A stretch of DNA of 54,490 bases, the filler included, from Squatina squatina (lineage: Eukaryota): assembly GCA_031763465.1 (NCBI GenBank). It is 2 parts of 2 records of this genome, joined end to end, with 100 filler letters (N's around TTAATTAATTAA, not from the genome) between each part and the next. Parts side by side here need not be neighbours in the genome. Positions count along the whole stretch, not along the records: positions 1 to 26,602 come from JARFOE010000120.1; positions 26,703 to 54,490 come from JARFOE010000234.1. The stretch is one strand, 5' to 3'. A model generated the notes under the pieces. It was not told where the DNA came from. It saw nothing but the letters and a program-made list of their open reading frames with translations, and made no database searches. Every line of letters begins with the position of its first letter. The first letter of the stretch is position 1. Shown here in pieces: positions 24,244 to 38,286 of the stretch. Both the position numbers and the translations under genes were made by a program.

Positions 24244-25123
24244 AGAACCGCTCCATCCTCCAATGGCACCTCCGGCAGAGATTCCTGAGCGCTTTCTGAT
24301 GCCACAAGACAAGCACCATATTTCTCATCTTCCTCCCAAGCAACATGCCATCCTGATGCCGCCACCCCCGCTACAGCATGTGTCACATGATCACTACAGC
24401 CAGGCACACGAGGACATTCGCCCACCGCCGTCTGAGATGTCTCTTGCTCCACCACCTAGGTCGGTGAGTCAGGAAACCTTTCGAATTTCAACAGTGACAA
24501 CAAGGAAACACAGCAACCTGATCACCGTTCCTATTCAAGACGACTCTTCAAGTACAGGCAGTCGCGAGCTCCCGCCTGCTGCACCTCATCATCATCCTGA
24601 ATACCAGAGCAATCCAGTGGTGCCTCACCCACACCACATGTTGCCTCCACAGCAGCACTATGCTCCGCCTCCTCCCCCTCCACCACCAATAAACCATCCC
24701 ATGCAGCACCCGGCACAGGCAGCTGGCAACCCTCACATGGTGTACAACCAGGCTCCACCTCCACCTCTGTCAGCAGCTCCACCACCAATCAACCCGCCAC
24801 CAGGGCACATTTTGGCTCAGATGCCACCATATATGAACCATCCTCCCCATGGACCTCCTCCTCCTCCTCCACAGCACACTGGTCCCCCAGTAAACACTCC
24901 TCCTCCCCACCATTACTCTGCCTCCTCAATGCCGCAGTATACAGAAGACCAGGGAACTCTTAGTCCTCCATTTTCTCAGCCTGGAGGTCATAGTCCAGGT
25001 ATTGGTGTTTGGCCTGCTCCCAGAGGTCCCCCTCCACCAAGGATTCAAGTCCCACCTCCACAGGCTCCACTGCCTGGACCACATCACCCTGATCAGGCTC
25101 GATATAGGCCATATTATCAGTAA
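24244..25123 (+). CDS. CBLL1: CBLL1/Hakai last exon, 5' part lost in gap
   Basis: Pro/His-rich tail RSVSQETFRIST...RKHSNLITVPIQDDS...EDQGTLSPPF...RYRPYYQ*. Confidence 0.97.
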
Positions 25124-25271
25124 GTTGTGGATGGATTGTATGGAAGTGCTTTGTAGTCCCACGGTCTAACGTTGCTTCCTCAGAAGGAAATTTTCTTTAT
25201 ATTTTGAAGGGAGCCTGCAGAAAAAGGGTTGCAGTGACTTCAAGGTTAATTGGTGTGGGAGATTTAGATGC

Positions 25272-25277
25272 AATAAA
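25272..25277 (+). promoter_or_regulatory. Candidate CBLL1 polyadenylation signal
   Basis: AATAAA about 150 nt after the stop, followed by GT-rich sequence. Confidence 0.4.
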
Positions 25278-25848
25278 TTAATACAGCTCAAACGGTTTGT
25301 GTGTCAGCGATTGAGTTTTCACGCTTTACTGCCTGTACAGTTTGTTATTTTATACAATATATACTAACTACATTTTTTATGAAAGTGAAAGAAACTATCT
25401 GTAACGTGTATTGTGCAATTTGGAGCTTGTGTGAGGAAAATATCAACGATTATTGGAGGCAATCCTGTGAGGCTTCTGCTCGGTCTAACAGTTAATGTAG
25501 CACTCTGGACAGAGGAACAAATGGTCACGACAATGCTTTTACCATTTCGAGAGCATGTAATTAGTATATATTATATTTTAAATACATATCTTAATGGCCT
25601 TTCTTTGGCTCACTTGTGCTTAACACTGTAACTAGCATCTGAACATTGTTCTGTAAATAAATCCACGAGTGTAAGCATCTGTGTTGCAAATATATGTTCA
25701 CCTTTCTGTAAACCCTTAANNNNNNNNNNNNNNNNNNNNNNNNNNNNNNNNNNNNNNNNNNNNNNNNNNNNNNNNNNNNNNNNNNNNNNNNNNNNNNNNN
25801 NNNNNNNNNNNNNNNNNNNACACAAAGCTGAACCTTCCTTGCACTTAC

Positions 25849-25944
25849 ACAATCATACTTGTCTTTCTTCCACAGAACTCCAATTTCTCTGAACTGCATT
25901 AACATTCCTTTCAAATTAATAATAACAAGAGCTCCCAGAACTGA
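25849..25944 (-). CDS. SLC26A3: SLC26 anion exchanger exon (96 nt)
   Basis: [32 protein letters not shown]; closest to SLC26A3 as recalled; convergent with CBLL1 as in human. Confidence 0.85.
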
Positions 25945-26444
25945 CTGTGAGGAGAATAAAAAGACAAAGTTAGTAACTGTGTTGACGTGTCTGTAAAACA
26001 AGACTTCTCACAATAGAACGATGCGACATTTGTATGGATAGTTTACCAGTTTCATTGCAAGACTGAGCATATGGGACAGATTCTGTATAATGAGCTCCCT
26101 TATGGGCTATGAGGCCATTATCAGCAGTAACATATCAGGAGTGAGGACTGCAACGATTCTGAACTCGACCAAATGGGCTCCAATAGAAATGATTCATCAA
26201 TCAGTCTCAAACATTTCTTATGGAAAGTGGATAATAATCTTTGCAATGTCGCATATAAGATATTACATTACTAGACAAGGGGAATCATTCTTCTTTCTTA
26301 AACTGAGTTAAAATTTCTCACTTTCTCTTTTTTTATGGAATTTTAAAGTGACTCAGACGTCGTATCTCATTTTTAGACATAAACAAAAAACGCTGGAAAA
26401 ACTCAGCAGGTCAGGCAGCATCTGTGGAGAGATCTAAACAAGGC

Positions 26445-26602
26445 AGTTGTGCTAAAGCTTCATAAATCACTGGTTTGGCCTCAGCTGGAGTATTGGGTTC
26501 AATTCTGGGCACCACACCTTAGGAAGGATGTCAGGGCCTTAGAGAGGGTGCGGAGGGGATTTACCCGAACGTTCCCAGGGATGAGGGACTTCAGTTACAT
26601 GG
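26445..26602 (+). mobile_element. CR1 LINE RT fragment
   Basis: LHKSLVWPQLEYWVQFWAPHLRKDVRALERV. Confidence 0.9.
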
Positions 26603-26702
26603 NNNNNNNNNNNNNNNNNNNNNNNNNNNNNNNNNNNNNNNNNNNNTTAATTAATTAANNNNNNNNNNNNNNNNNNNNNNNNNNNNNNNNNNNNNNNNNN
26701 NN
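26603..26702. other. Artificial scaffold linker N44-TTAATTAATTAA-N44
   Basis: 12-mer with stops in all six frames centred in a 100-nt spacer. Confidence 0.93.
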
Positions 26703-27774
26703 TTTCAAGTGAATGGCCAGCCTATCCCTATCATAACAGCAGCAGCTGACTGTGTGAATTCCAGGATACCTACTCCCCTTAGCAATGGGTACTGACAATT
26801 ACAGTCAGCATATGCATTTGCATCACCTACTTTGAAAACAAAAGTGCTGATTTTTGAACCTATCCAAGATTAACAATGTGTTCCGGGGCGAAAGATAGCC
26901 ACCAAATCTTGAAACCAGATTTCACAACAAGTTCAGGTATGGAAGGCAGTGGCACAAACCAGTTTCCCAATATTTTTCACCTTTAAAAACAAATTACAGG
27001 GCAGGTTTCTGCCCTTCCCCCACCTCAGCACGCGACAAAAACAGCATGTCAAAATGTTTCTGCAATTGGTGCAGGCCCAGTGCTGCCATGTTCATGGTGA
27101 GAACAGTGTTCCTGAATTTTTCCCCTTAATTTCCTCTGGTTACATCCAAGGGACATCCATTTCCTTGGTGGTGCAAGAAGCTGCTGGTACTTGGACCTCA
27201 ATGAGAGAAGAAGGTCTGAGGGGGCCAGGCAGCTAGTCAAAGGTGGTTGACAGAAGTGGCCACTTTTAGGGACCCAATAGATTTTTGAGCTTGGAGACTG
27301 CCTGGCTGTTCTCCAATAGCAATCACTTTTGCGCACTACACTGTAATATATACATGTTGAGTTGTTCCAGAAAGCCATTCGTATGACCTAAATTCATACT
27401 GACATGGTCAGTCTGGACATTAGGATAGGAGCCAATGAGCTCTCAGTAGACATCAGTCTGACAAGAATAGATATGACATCTTATTATAGTGCAGCTACTT
27501 AATCAAAGTGACAGAACTGACACAACGCTGCTATGTGATACCAGTCATAATGATGACAAAATGCTAGTTCAAATTGACATCTGCTTTGTTCTGTAACAGT
27601 ACCTGTAATTTGAGAGCACTATTTTTCTTTAATTATTTCCAAACTTGGAGTCAACTAACAGGCTCGTGAGAAATCACATTTAAGTCATCAATTTACATCA
27701 AGACAGCACTCAAATGAGTGTAGCACCAAGTAGCCCTTGTAAAAACCAAAATCATGAGGGAACGGGGGAAACTC

Positions 27775-28061
27775 TCCAATGGCTGGCACAAAGGAAAATA
27801 GTTGTGATTGTTGGAGGCCAATCATCTAAGCCCCAAGACAATACAGGAGTTCCTTGGGGCAATGTCCTCGGCTGAACTATCTTCAGCTACTTCATCAATG
27901 ACCTCCCTTCCACCATAAGCTCAGATGACTGTACAATGTACAGCTCCATTCTCAATTCCTCAGATAATGAAGCAGTCCATGCCCACATGCAGCAAGACTT
28001 GGACAACATCCAGGCCTGGGCTGAAACTTGGCAAGTAACACTCATGCAACACAAGTGCCAG
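27775..28061 (+). mobile_element. LINE (CR1/L2 group) RT fragment
   Basis: GVP.GNVLG...FINDL; MQQDLDNIQAWAETWQV. Confidence 0.8.
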
Positions 28062-31000
28062 NNNNNNNNNNNNNNNNNNNNNNNNNNNNNNNNNNNNNNN
28101 NNNNNNNNNNNNNNNNNNNNNNNNNNNNNNNNNNNNNNNNNNNNNNNNNNNNNNNNNNNNNATTCATTCTCTTCCAGGCCCTACAACATGATTAGCATTG
28201 AATAAAGATCTCACACCATTAACCCTAAACTTGAAATAAAAACAAATAGGGGTTCTTTACGAACACCATTTTGAATGCTCCTTTATTAATTTCCTCCTGT
28301 AGATGTTGTTACAGATTCACTAATCCAAAGCAAATCAATCAAGTCATTAAAAACTTTTTGTGGGTGTCTTTGTTGTGTAATTTGGAATCCAACAAAGTAA
28401 TGAACCGAGAGCCATTTTGATGTACACTAGGCCAAATGCTGTTTTTAAGAAGTTTTGAACACCAGTGTAGTTAATGCAACAAAACAGGCACATGACTCAG
28501 ATCAAGTGACACTTCAGTAGTGAACTTTTGTAAGCGCTTCCAGGATTGAATGGTTTCTGTTTTTTCACTGTTTAATGCAATTTGATCTTCAATGTATATG
28601 CTTAAGGTCTACGGCAGTATGTGAGCTGGTTAGTTTGTTGATGATTAATGCAATAATGTGTATTCAGCCAACTGATTAATGAACCCATCCAGAAGAAAAG
28701 GTTGAATATTTTCTTCTCCCCAACTCCCACTTATACAGTTCTATGGTCATCAGCAACCCTCGAGTACCTCACACAAATGGTCAATATTCATCTGTGAACC
28801 TGGAAAGTGAGTGTCAACAGCTATGGAGGAAGCACAGCTAAGTAGTTCTATAGCACAAGAAATAATACCTTCACCTACAGAGTCATTTGGAGTCCTTGGC
28901 CTAGAAATTGGAAATCGCTAAAAACCTACTGATGTCACTGCGGCCGGAGTTAATGACAATCAAAATTGATGATGCTGGTAGGATGGGCAAATTGGAGCTG
29001 GTTGCTAATTAACCAACCTTTCATGAAGTACAGTATAAAAACCATTGTGTTCAGCCAAACACCATAAGGCTGATATGAAACCATTTACTGATGTTTTTTT
29101 TCTTGTTTCCTTTGACTGACATTAGCTCTTTCCAAAATCAGGTTGCTGCGGACTGCGGCAAGTGCTTTTGTACTGTTTACTGTCATTCTTGGATCGCTGA
29201 AAGAAGCACAAAATATCTTCCCTTTCCTCACCCATTGAATATATCAGTGTGCTAATCTGATTCAGTTCTCCTTTTCTTATCTCAGCCTGAAGCAATTCTA
29301 AATCATTTTATCCATCTTGGCCATTCTGCTGGCCTATTATAATCAAGCTTTTCTGGTTGGATGTGTAAAGAAACCATGGGCTGAATTTTGAGACAACCCA
29401 GATGGCAAAAATTGGCGGCAGCACCTTGAAAATGGCCTGGAAAAACTTGCTGGGGGGAATGAGTTAACTGAAGATTGGGGCTGTTCTGGGAAAAACTAAT
29501 TAAATAAAGGTGGGGGCTTCACTGAAGAAAACTCATTAAGGAGCAAGATTGCCTCAAGCCCTGTTTGGGGGGGCGCTAACCTTCCGGGGGCAAGGACTTT
29601 TATCACCCAGCTCAGAAGTCCCGCACCTGATGCGGAATTGGGCCCACCACCCTTCAGAGGAAGCAGAATGCTGTCTCCAGTGCTCCACTTCCTTTGGGGG
29701 TGGGTTCCAGGGTGGTAGCGCTACACGCTACAACGTCCCTCCCATTCCATTAAAGGAGAGGGCTGCTGTGCACTCTGCATGGCCTTTTGGTGGCTGCCAC
29801 TGGGCCACCAGAAACGCATGAGACCTGGCCAGCAACCCGGCACCCAAGAGTGCTGGGCTGTATGATGACGGCCAGGGCCACGCTCGGGTCACCATGGTTG
29901 GGCCAACCCAAGAGTCGGCCGACCAACAAAGATGCTGGCACAGGGTGCTGCAGGCCTCCCCTTCAAACAGCGCCTGGGAGCCAATGTCTGCCAGTTTCGC
30001 GACCCGCGAAGCTGACGTTGGCATTGGCTCATGCTGGCCTCGCGTCCCGCGGGGCAATTAAGGGGTCGGTGCGGGTTGGCGAGGGGACGGTGCGCACGGC
30101 ATTGATGTCATCGGTTGCGCGCCGGCCCACAGCTGCCAGGACAGTGCCTCCTAAACCTTCGGGGCAATTTCCCGTGAGGCAGTAACGCCCGCCCCTCCAC
30201 CAGGCGAAAACTACGGGTGCTAAAACTGAGGTGCTAACAGGGCTATANNNNNNNNNNNNNNNNNNNNNNNNNNNNNNNNNNNNNNNNNNNNNNNNNNNNN
30301 NNNNNNNNNNNNNNNNNNNNNNNNNNNNNNNNNNNNNNNNNNNNNNNGATTTTGAGTCTCATTGCCTTCAAAGTGCACAAATTAGCCTCTCAACATAAGT
30401 AGTTTCAACAAACCCTTTCTATAGGGAGTTAAGTTAAGCAGCTGTGAGCACTGACTATTTATTGCAGTTGTATGCCTGACCTTTAATGAGCTCCATGAAT
30501 TGCCACTCAGTCTTCTCGCCTTCATTTCAACGGTGATTTTCAGGAAGCTGAGAAACCCTGGCATGTCATGGTAAATTTAAATCCCAGTGAAAATCTCGTC
30601 AAAAGTGCCTCATTTAAATATTGCAAGCAGGAACCACCTCTTTGAAGTATTTGGGGAAATTTTTGATGCACTTGAGTTAAATCCGTAAGTTGGAGCCGGC
30701 TTCCAGATGTACTGACATTTCCTCTNNNNNNNNNNGTTTACCAACCTTTCTGAATTTACCAAGCCTATGCGCTCTTTGCTACTAAAAGTCCCCCAAATGT
30801 TTCAAAGCGGTGGTTCCAAAATTGTAAGTAGAGCTATTTTACTAGCTGCTAAATGCTTGGTGTGCACTTACAGAACTGCACGTGTAACTCTTGAAAGGAG
30901 CGCAATCTGTCATATTAATAAGAATCCGCCACAACAAATACCATAGGCCCCCAAGCTCACTGCAACTTGCAAAAGAGTCTGAACACAAGCACCATTTCAC

Positions 31001-31784
31001 TTAGAAAATGCTAGTTAGCTTCATTATCTGAGGAGATATGCTCTTGCTTTCAAACTTGAACATTATTTTAGCTGTTTTTCACCACACTGTGCTTCCATTT
31101 TGGCAGTTAGCCAAAAGNNNNNNNNNNNNNNNNNNNNNNNNNNNNNNNNNNNNNNNNNNNNNNNNNNNNNNNNNNNNNNNNNNNNNNNNNNNNNNNNNNN
31201 NNNNNNNNNNNNNNNNNATGAAATCTAGATTATGTCCCACTCAATTATCTTCTCTCCAGTGAAAACAAGTTCAGCTATGTGTGTTTGTCTTCGTTATCCT
31301 TATTTTCAGCGGAACACCTGCTTCACCCGACGCATTTTGCCAGGGTCAGCAATAGAGGTCTGGGGCAAGCACATCTCAGCACTTACACCAAGATGTGTTG
31401 CTCCACGGATTTTTAGGGCCAGTGCCTCCATTAAAATAATGGAGAACGGGTGTCACACCAATAAGTGTTCNNNNNNNNNNCATCTCCTATTATGTGTAAC
31501 AGTGATTTCTACCCTATATTCATCAGGCATTTTTCAGAAGTGGCTAAAAAATGGATAGTATTTACCTTCTGTAGGGATTTGCATCATGTTTTACCTCAGT
31601 TCAGTTCAAGATACATACACCTCTACCATAGCTGACAATGGTTGTCAAACAGCTTTTTGCGACCAGGGTTAAATGAACACCCCAATAGCCTAAGGATGGA
31701 AAATCATTTCGCTGATGATCATCAGTGCTGACTCTATGGTCTAAATTGACAAGCTGCTTTCATGCAACCAATAGATGAAGATTG

Positions 31785-32506
31785 GCCTAGAAACTGGATA
31801 AGGCCAGAAAACAGGTACAGGCAGTGCAAAGTGCGATTTGCCCACGCACATTCAAAGTGGTGCAAGCAGCATGCAAAATTCGTTATAGTGATTGCAGGGC
31901 TGATCTCAGTGCTGAACACTCCGCTGATTGGCTTAGTGCTGAACAGGGATGACAATATCGGGTGCCGTCTACTGGCCAATTTGGTTTGGCCTAGGCTGTC
32001 TGTACTACTTAAAGGGGAGGTTCTTTGTTGCAGAAATAGCTCATTGTCATTGTGGAGAAATCCATGGCCCAACAGCCAAGATAGAGGGCGAGGAGATTTT
32101 CGGATGTGGCACTGGAGTCCTTGGTCCTGGGAGTTCAATTATGCCATCAGGTCTTCTACCCACAGGGGGCAGGAGGACTTCAAGGCAGAAAAGCAGAAGG
32201 CCGTGCGAGAGGTAGCTGAAGCTGTCAGTGCGACAAGGACCTGGATCTAGTGCCACAAGATAATTAATGGCCTCACACGAGTGGTCAAGGTGAGTAAGTG
32301 CATCACCAAATGCTATATCCCACCAGCTGCACAACAAGCCTCACACACTGGTCAATGCACCACACTCCCATCACTCACCTACCAACAATCTCTGGCATTC
32401 ACCATCATGCCTCACATTGTAGCTTCACCTCACCCTTACAAATTTAGCACTACTGTAAGACTCACACCCACATCTCATACCTTGCACATGCTGCCAGCTA
32501 TTCAAC
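31785..32506 (+). mobile_element. Harbinger Myb/SANT-like ORF relic, same family as 10400-10890
   Basis: FSDVALESLV...EVAEAVSATRTWI*CHKIINGLTRVVK|gtgagt. Confidence 0.65.
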
Positions 32507-32606
32507 NNNNNNNNNNNNNNNNNNNNNNNNNNNNNNNNNNNNNNNNNNNNNNNNNNNNNNNNNNNNNNNNNNNNNNNNNNNNNNNNNNNNNNNNNNNNNN
32601 NNNNNN

Positions 32607-33150
32607 CCCCACAGATCCTTGTCGGACACCACTAGTCACTTCCTTGTAATTCGAATATATCCATTATCCTTACTGTCTGCCGAACCAATCTCTTAACCAG
32701 CTTAATAAATTCCACGGGCTTTAATTTTAGCTAACAGTCTCTTATGGGAAACTTTATCAAATACCTTTTAGAAGTCCATATAAACTACGTCCATAGACAT
32801 TCCCCTGCCTACTACTTAGTTACTTCCTCAAAAAATTCAATTAGATTAAACATGACCTACCCTTTATAAATCCATGTTGGCTCTCTCCAATCAGCTCAAG
32901 TTTCTCCAAGTGCTTAGTCACTCTGTTTAATTATAGATTCCAATAACTTTCCCACAACATATGTTAGACTAACAGGTCTATAATTTTGTGGTTTCTCTTT
33001 CTCACTTTTTTAAAATAATGTAGCTACATTTGCAATTTTCCAATCAAAACAAACAATTCCTGAATCAAGAGAGCTTTTAAAGTATCTGCAATTTCCCCAC
33101 CTACTTCCTTTAAAACCATGGGGTGGAAATCAGCAGGTCCTGGGGTTGTC
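32607..33150 (-). mobile_element. CR1 LINE RT fragment
   Basis: Antisense homology to 11740-12290 (MDVVYMDF.KVFDKV). Confidence 0.85.
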
Positions 33151-33951
33151 AGTCTTCAGTGCTCTTACTTTTTGCAAGGCTGTTTTCTTGCTTATGTTAN
33201 NNNNNNNNNNNNNNNNNNNNNNNNNNNNNNNNNNNNNNNNNNNNNNNNNNNNNNNNNNNNNNNNNNNNNNNNNNNNNNNNNNNNNNNNNNNNNNNNNNNC
33301 TCCCTCTAGCTAATCAGTGAACTGTTTCATTTGTTCAGTCTCCATCCATCAAGCAGACATGTGGCCAAAAATGCCTCACAATTTAGACAGTGGAGATTAT
33401 AATGCTTTTGGCTTTCTTTATAGGGTTTCCACACGAACAGAACATTTTATTTAACTGTCAAACACTGCTGGGTCAATGCAGCAGTTCCTTACTGTATGAG
33501 GCAGTCGGAAAAGTACATTGAGATTAACTCTATGCCAGTGAGTGTATACAGATGGATTTTTGTTTTTCAGTTACAACTAATCAATAGAGTTCAAAAGATT
33601 TTTTCTTTTAATCATCACTTTTAAAAATATGTATGTGTGAATTATGTATCTCCGTGTATTTATAAAGCCTATTTGCACAGAAAAGAAGCATGTTATCTGT
33701 AATGTAAAAGACAATCTGATTAATGGAGGAAACCATAATTTTTCACTTTTTAAAATTTGTTCTCGAGACACGGGTGATTTTGTCAAGGCTGCATTAATTA
33801 CCCATCCCTGGTTATCCTGAGGATGTGGTGGTGAGACTTTTGCTGGAACCGNNNNNNNNNNNNNNNNNNNNNNNNNNNNNNNNNNNNNNNNNNNNNNNNN
33901 NNNNNNNNNNNNNNNNNNNNNNNNNNNNNNNNNNNNNNNNNNNNNNNNNNN

Positions 33952-35115
33952 CCTGCTGGGGAGCTTCCCAACATGTCAGAGCATGTGGAGGAGTCCACTA
34001 CCAACTTGTGTGCATTTTTAACGCATGGCACGCACACTCTGCAGTCAACCATGAAGCATGTGGTCACCTCAATGGCCACTGCAGCTGGGCCCCACTCCTT
34101 GCAGGTATCTGTGAGACTATTAGTAACATCTCGCAAGGACGCTATTATTGGTGCCAGGCAGGTTCTGGGCTCAACCATTTCTTTTGATTTGGACAGACTA
34201 GGAGAGTGCATGGATAGGGACTTCACTTAGATCACGGTACTCCTACAGTCTGCTCTCCCACAGATCAGTAGGTGTGCTGTGCCACCGCTTGGAAACAGGA
34301 GAATGTTATGGAATGGAACATGATGATGGTATTCCTGCATGCTATGTTGCTGATATCCCCTGTGATAGCATAGAAGGACCCAGAGCCAAAGAGGTTCAGG
34401 GCTTCCGTGACCTTGACTGCAACAGGTAATATTGTGCTTGCTAACACAGCTGGCTGCAGATCTTCTGGCAAGATGTGACATACTCTGTCACTGCCTCCCT
34501 CAAGAATTGAAGCATTCTTACACACTGCTCTTCAAGAAATTGCAGGTATTTTGATCTTGGCCGATAAACTCTATTGGAAGGGTAGGGATTGCTCCGAAGG
34601 CCTCTTGCTATTTACTCACACTCCACTGCAGGCCTATTTGCTCCTTTTCCAGCTTCTCCTCCTCTTCTCAGAATGATTCCAAGAAGGATCTCCATCAAGA
34701 ATCAACTGTAATACCAGAAGCTCCTTAATAGTTCAGAACCTACAATAACAACTATAAACACGTTCAAATCCCTTAAGGTTAAAAAATGCACAAGCTACTA
34801 TAATTGCCTCCAAATACTCTATATAGCTTTACCTGAGGGAAACTGAAGCATCCTTTAAATAGTGTTTAAAATTACCAGTCAAGACTTGTACTGCCCATGG
34901 TTAGCGAGGAGGAGCAGGTAATAGCAATAGTCAGGCAGTAAGGTTGGAAAAAGAATCGGCAGTTTCAGATGGAAGCTCCGCTTCCAGGATTAATGTCCAC
35001 CAGAATATCAGGCCAGTTATAAAGGCAGCAGTAAGTGACAGGAGGACCAGACACTTCATTTTCTGACTTTTACTGCCCTGTACTTGGGCGCAATGGGGTT
35101 GAAAATTGTGGCCCA
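33952..35115 (-). mobile_element. PIF/Harbinger transposase relic
   Basis: DLQPAVLASTILPVAVKVTEALNLFGSGSFYAITGDISNI, HARBI1-like N-terminal region. Confidence 0.7.
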
Positions 35116-36115
35116 TATAATCTAAAAAAGTAGGTATAAATGTCAAGCTGTAGTATAACAACACCATGAGAGTATTCACCTTGCATTAATATATATAATG
35201 CAGCTGTTTTATGCAAAGATCCTGAGGGGAAAAAAAACAGTTCATCTTATTTTCATGACAAACTCAATTAAGATACCTTTGATTTATACATGGCCAAAAG
35301 TCTGCAAGATTATGGATTAGTGCACCACTATCTAACAGGACCTTGAGTCATACATCATAAGCAAAGACAGTTCCAACAGGAGAAAATGTATTTCACTACT
35401 GTTCAAATAAACTATTGATCTTCTCAACATACTATAACTCTCCCTTGCAAAATTAGTAATGTCCTCCTATTCCATTATTCAAACACAAACTCATTTGTCA
35501 GTTTCAATCTTAATCCTGCCCTTCCCTTTGGTGAATTCAAATCATTTGTCTTCCACTTTAGTTTGTGCAATTTCAGGTTATTTCTTCCTTATTCATATGT
35601 CTCATCTGATATTGCCTATAAAACCTGCTTCTGAAGTAATTTTACAATTTTTAAGGCTTGTGTGGTCTTCTGAGAGAGCTGAGGAATGCAATAAATATGG
35701 AAATTCATTTTCTTAGTTTAGCATAAGCACTATTAATGCGAGGCACAAATTAATTTTCTTTTTTGTCTGGGGTGTTAGACAGGGCTACAGTTACTGCCCA
35801 ATTGGATATCAGTGGCATGTTGAATCAAGACTGCTAATTTTCCTCCTACTTATCATTTAAATCTGTGTCCAACTCAACTTCAACAATCTGCTTTTAAAAT
35901 GACATTTTTGCTTGCTTAAATAACATATGACCTTCTCCAAACAAAAAATGGTTTAAGCCTATATTCACAAAGCAAGAAGGTATCACTGTGCAGAAGTGTC
36001 TTGAAGGTGACATCTNNNNNNNNNNNNNNNNNNNNNNNNNNNNNNNNNNNNNNNNNNNNNNNNNNNNNNNNNNNNNNNNNNNNNNNNNNNNNNNNNNNNN
36101 NNNNNNNNNNNNNNN

Positions 36116-36236
36116 GTGTTTCCTACATTACAATAGTGACCACACTTCAAAAAGTACTTCATTGGTTGTAAAGCATTTGAGATGTCTGGTGGTCATGAAA
36201 GACGCTATATAAATACAAGTCTGTCTTTCTTTTTCT
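36116..36236 (+). mobile_element. Deu-SINE/SacSINE-like 3' end
   Basis: tttcctacattacaa...aagtacttcattggttgtaaagc...gaaagacgctatataaatacaagtct tail. Confidence 0.75.
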
Positions 36237-38039
36237 TAATGTTGTCAAGGCATTAAGTTATTAATGATCAATTTTCCATCTTTTATATGGAGCTACAAAT
36301 ACCCTGGTCATCTGATAAAAAGGAGACTTTGGACATCTGTTTGAGAGATTTTCATTTTCCTCTGAAGTTTATATGGAAATATTTAAGTCAGCTATTAATT
36401 ACCATGGAATAGGTAAGAGAAACTATTGCATCTCTGCAGATCTGCAAGGTTCCTGGTGCTGGTGACTATCTAGCTGACTTCTACAAGAGCAGGCTTTTCT
36501 AACTCTATAATAAGTTCTTTGGCTAACAGCTTGCTTTATAGTAGCTAAATGTGCAAGAAATATTCAGGGTCAGCCACTATCCTTGAGAATTCATTTTGAA
36601 GGTGGGCCCTATATATAATTTGTCTTTCAGGATTTTTTTTTATAAGTTAAAAAACTTGTGAACTCCTCATGAGTTAATCGACTGCTGGTAAGGGTCACAA
36701 TCTCTTGAGCTTGCCCAGCTAAATCACAAACAGGTGTGCTCACACCTCTCAGGAAACATTCACACATCCTGCAGTACATTACATAGAACTACAAGTAGAC
36801 ATACCACAGAGCACTGGGGACAGACACAGTGGCACACCACATTAGACACAGGATGATATTCATTATTATTTTCAATAAAGTCACAACACATCCTCTTAAA
36901 TTTGCAATCATTGTTTACTCTCAAAATGAATGCCTTCCACATAGACAGAACTGCTGAGTTCTGAGGAACAGTCTGCACCAGAAACATAGATAGAAGGCTG
37001 CAAAGCTAGTAAAGTGAGGGTGCGTGGTGTCACTTTCCTCATGGTATAAAGTGCAGGAAAAAAGCAGAATTGAGTAAGCTGATAAGGAATCTTGATAGTT
37101 TTCTTAAATTTATTTTAAAAAGAGCAATATTGTCACATATCTATGATTTCCTCTGATGTGTAAAATGCTGAGATGTAAATAATCAATGCAGAGAAAAGAA
37201 AACTTAATGGAGACTTGTTAAGTGCTTGTTAATGTCTGGAATGTGCCTGTGGAATTTGGGTAGAATTAGTTGGAGAATTCCTCATGGGAGAATGAATTTG
37301 AAGTGAAATATGTTCTTGCCTCATCAGACTTGTTGTTTTCAACAAGGTCAAGCAATCTAAGTCTCAGCAGAATACACTATCAGAAGCAGTGTAGTTGCTC
37401 TTGGTTGCATTGGGTGTAATCCAGCTGTCATTTCTGGCCAGTCCCATGTTGTCACACATGGCTCCCACTTTGCCTCTGAATGTAATGTGTTTTAAAACTG
37501 GTGTACTTAGTTTGACAGCATAGAAGCATAAACGGAAGAAAGAAAGAATGATTTTACATATCAACTAGTCTGTGCCTCTTTCCCAAGTCATCAATATCAG
37601 TGCCTTCAAATGTCTCCGTGCCATTGAAAGCCAAGACCTTTTGTTCTTATGTTCTTTTGTTTGAAGTGCATTGGGACCCACTTTGGTGGATACTCCAGGC
37701 ACTCATATTTATTGCTACCTTTTTTCATTAGATATTATGGCAGGGTCAGTTTAACAAAATTCTGCTATGTAAGCCTTCCAATACTAACATGCACACTGCA
37801 GTTGTTATCAGTCCCCTGTGTTAAAAGAAACTCCACCTTTAAAACAGTTTTGCTTGATTATATCTGTGTGCATTATTTTTATTGGCCGTGATTTTGTCGA
37901 CCAAGGTGGTTTCAGTGCAGCCTGGGTAGGTGGTGGGTTGTGACCCTGTTCCTGGCTCCATCCTGCTCTGTGAAAAGAATTTTACATTGATGGGGCTGCT
38001 AAGCACGCCGTGCGAGGTTCCCGGCCAATGAAAAGGGAG

Positions 38040-38286
38040 CGGGTCTGATGATGTCATTTGATGATGCATCGTCAGGCGGTTTCCTTAAAGGAACAACGGC
38101 CACTTTGATTTTGACAGTTGTGCTGTCAGTCTTTTACAGCATTGAGGTGCTGCAAACACTGACAAGCACTGCACAAAGATGCAGGGCTGCACCCAGGCTC
38201 TTCCATGACTCCCTCCATATGCTTATGGAGAGAGTCACAGCACACAGGGAGGTTCTCTTCCCTTCCCATGAATGGAAGAGACCACC
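38040..38286 (+). mobile_element. Harbinger Myb/SANT-like ORF start
   Basis: RAAPRLFHDSLHMLMERVTAHREVLFP preceded by cttaaagg motif. Confidence 0.5.
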
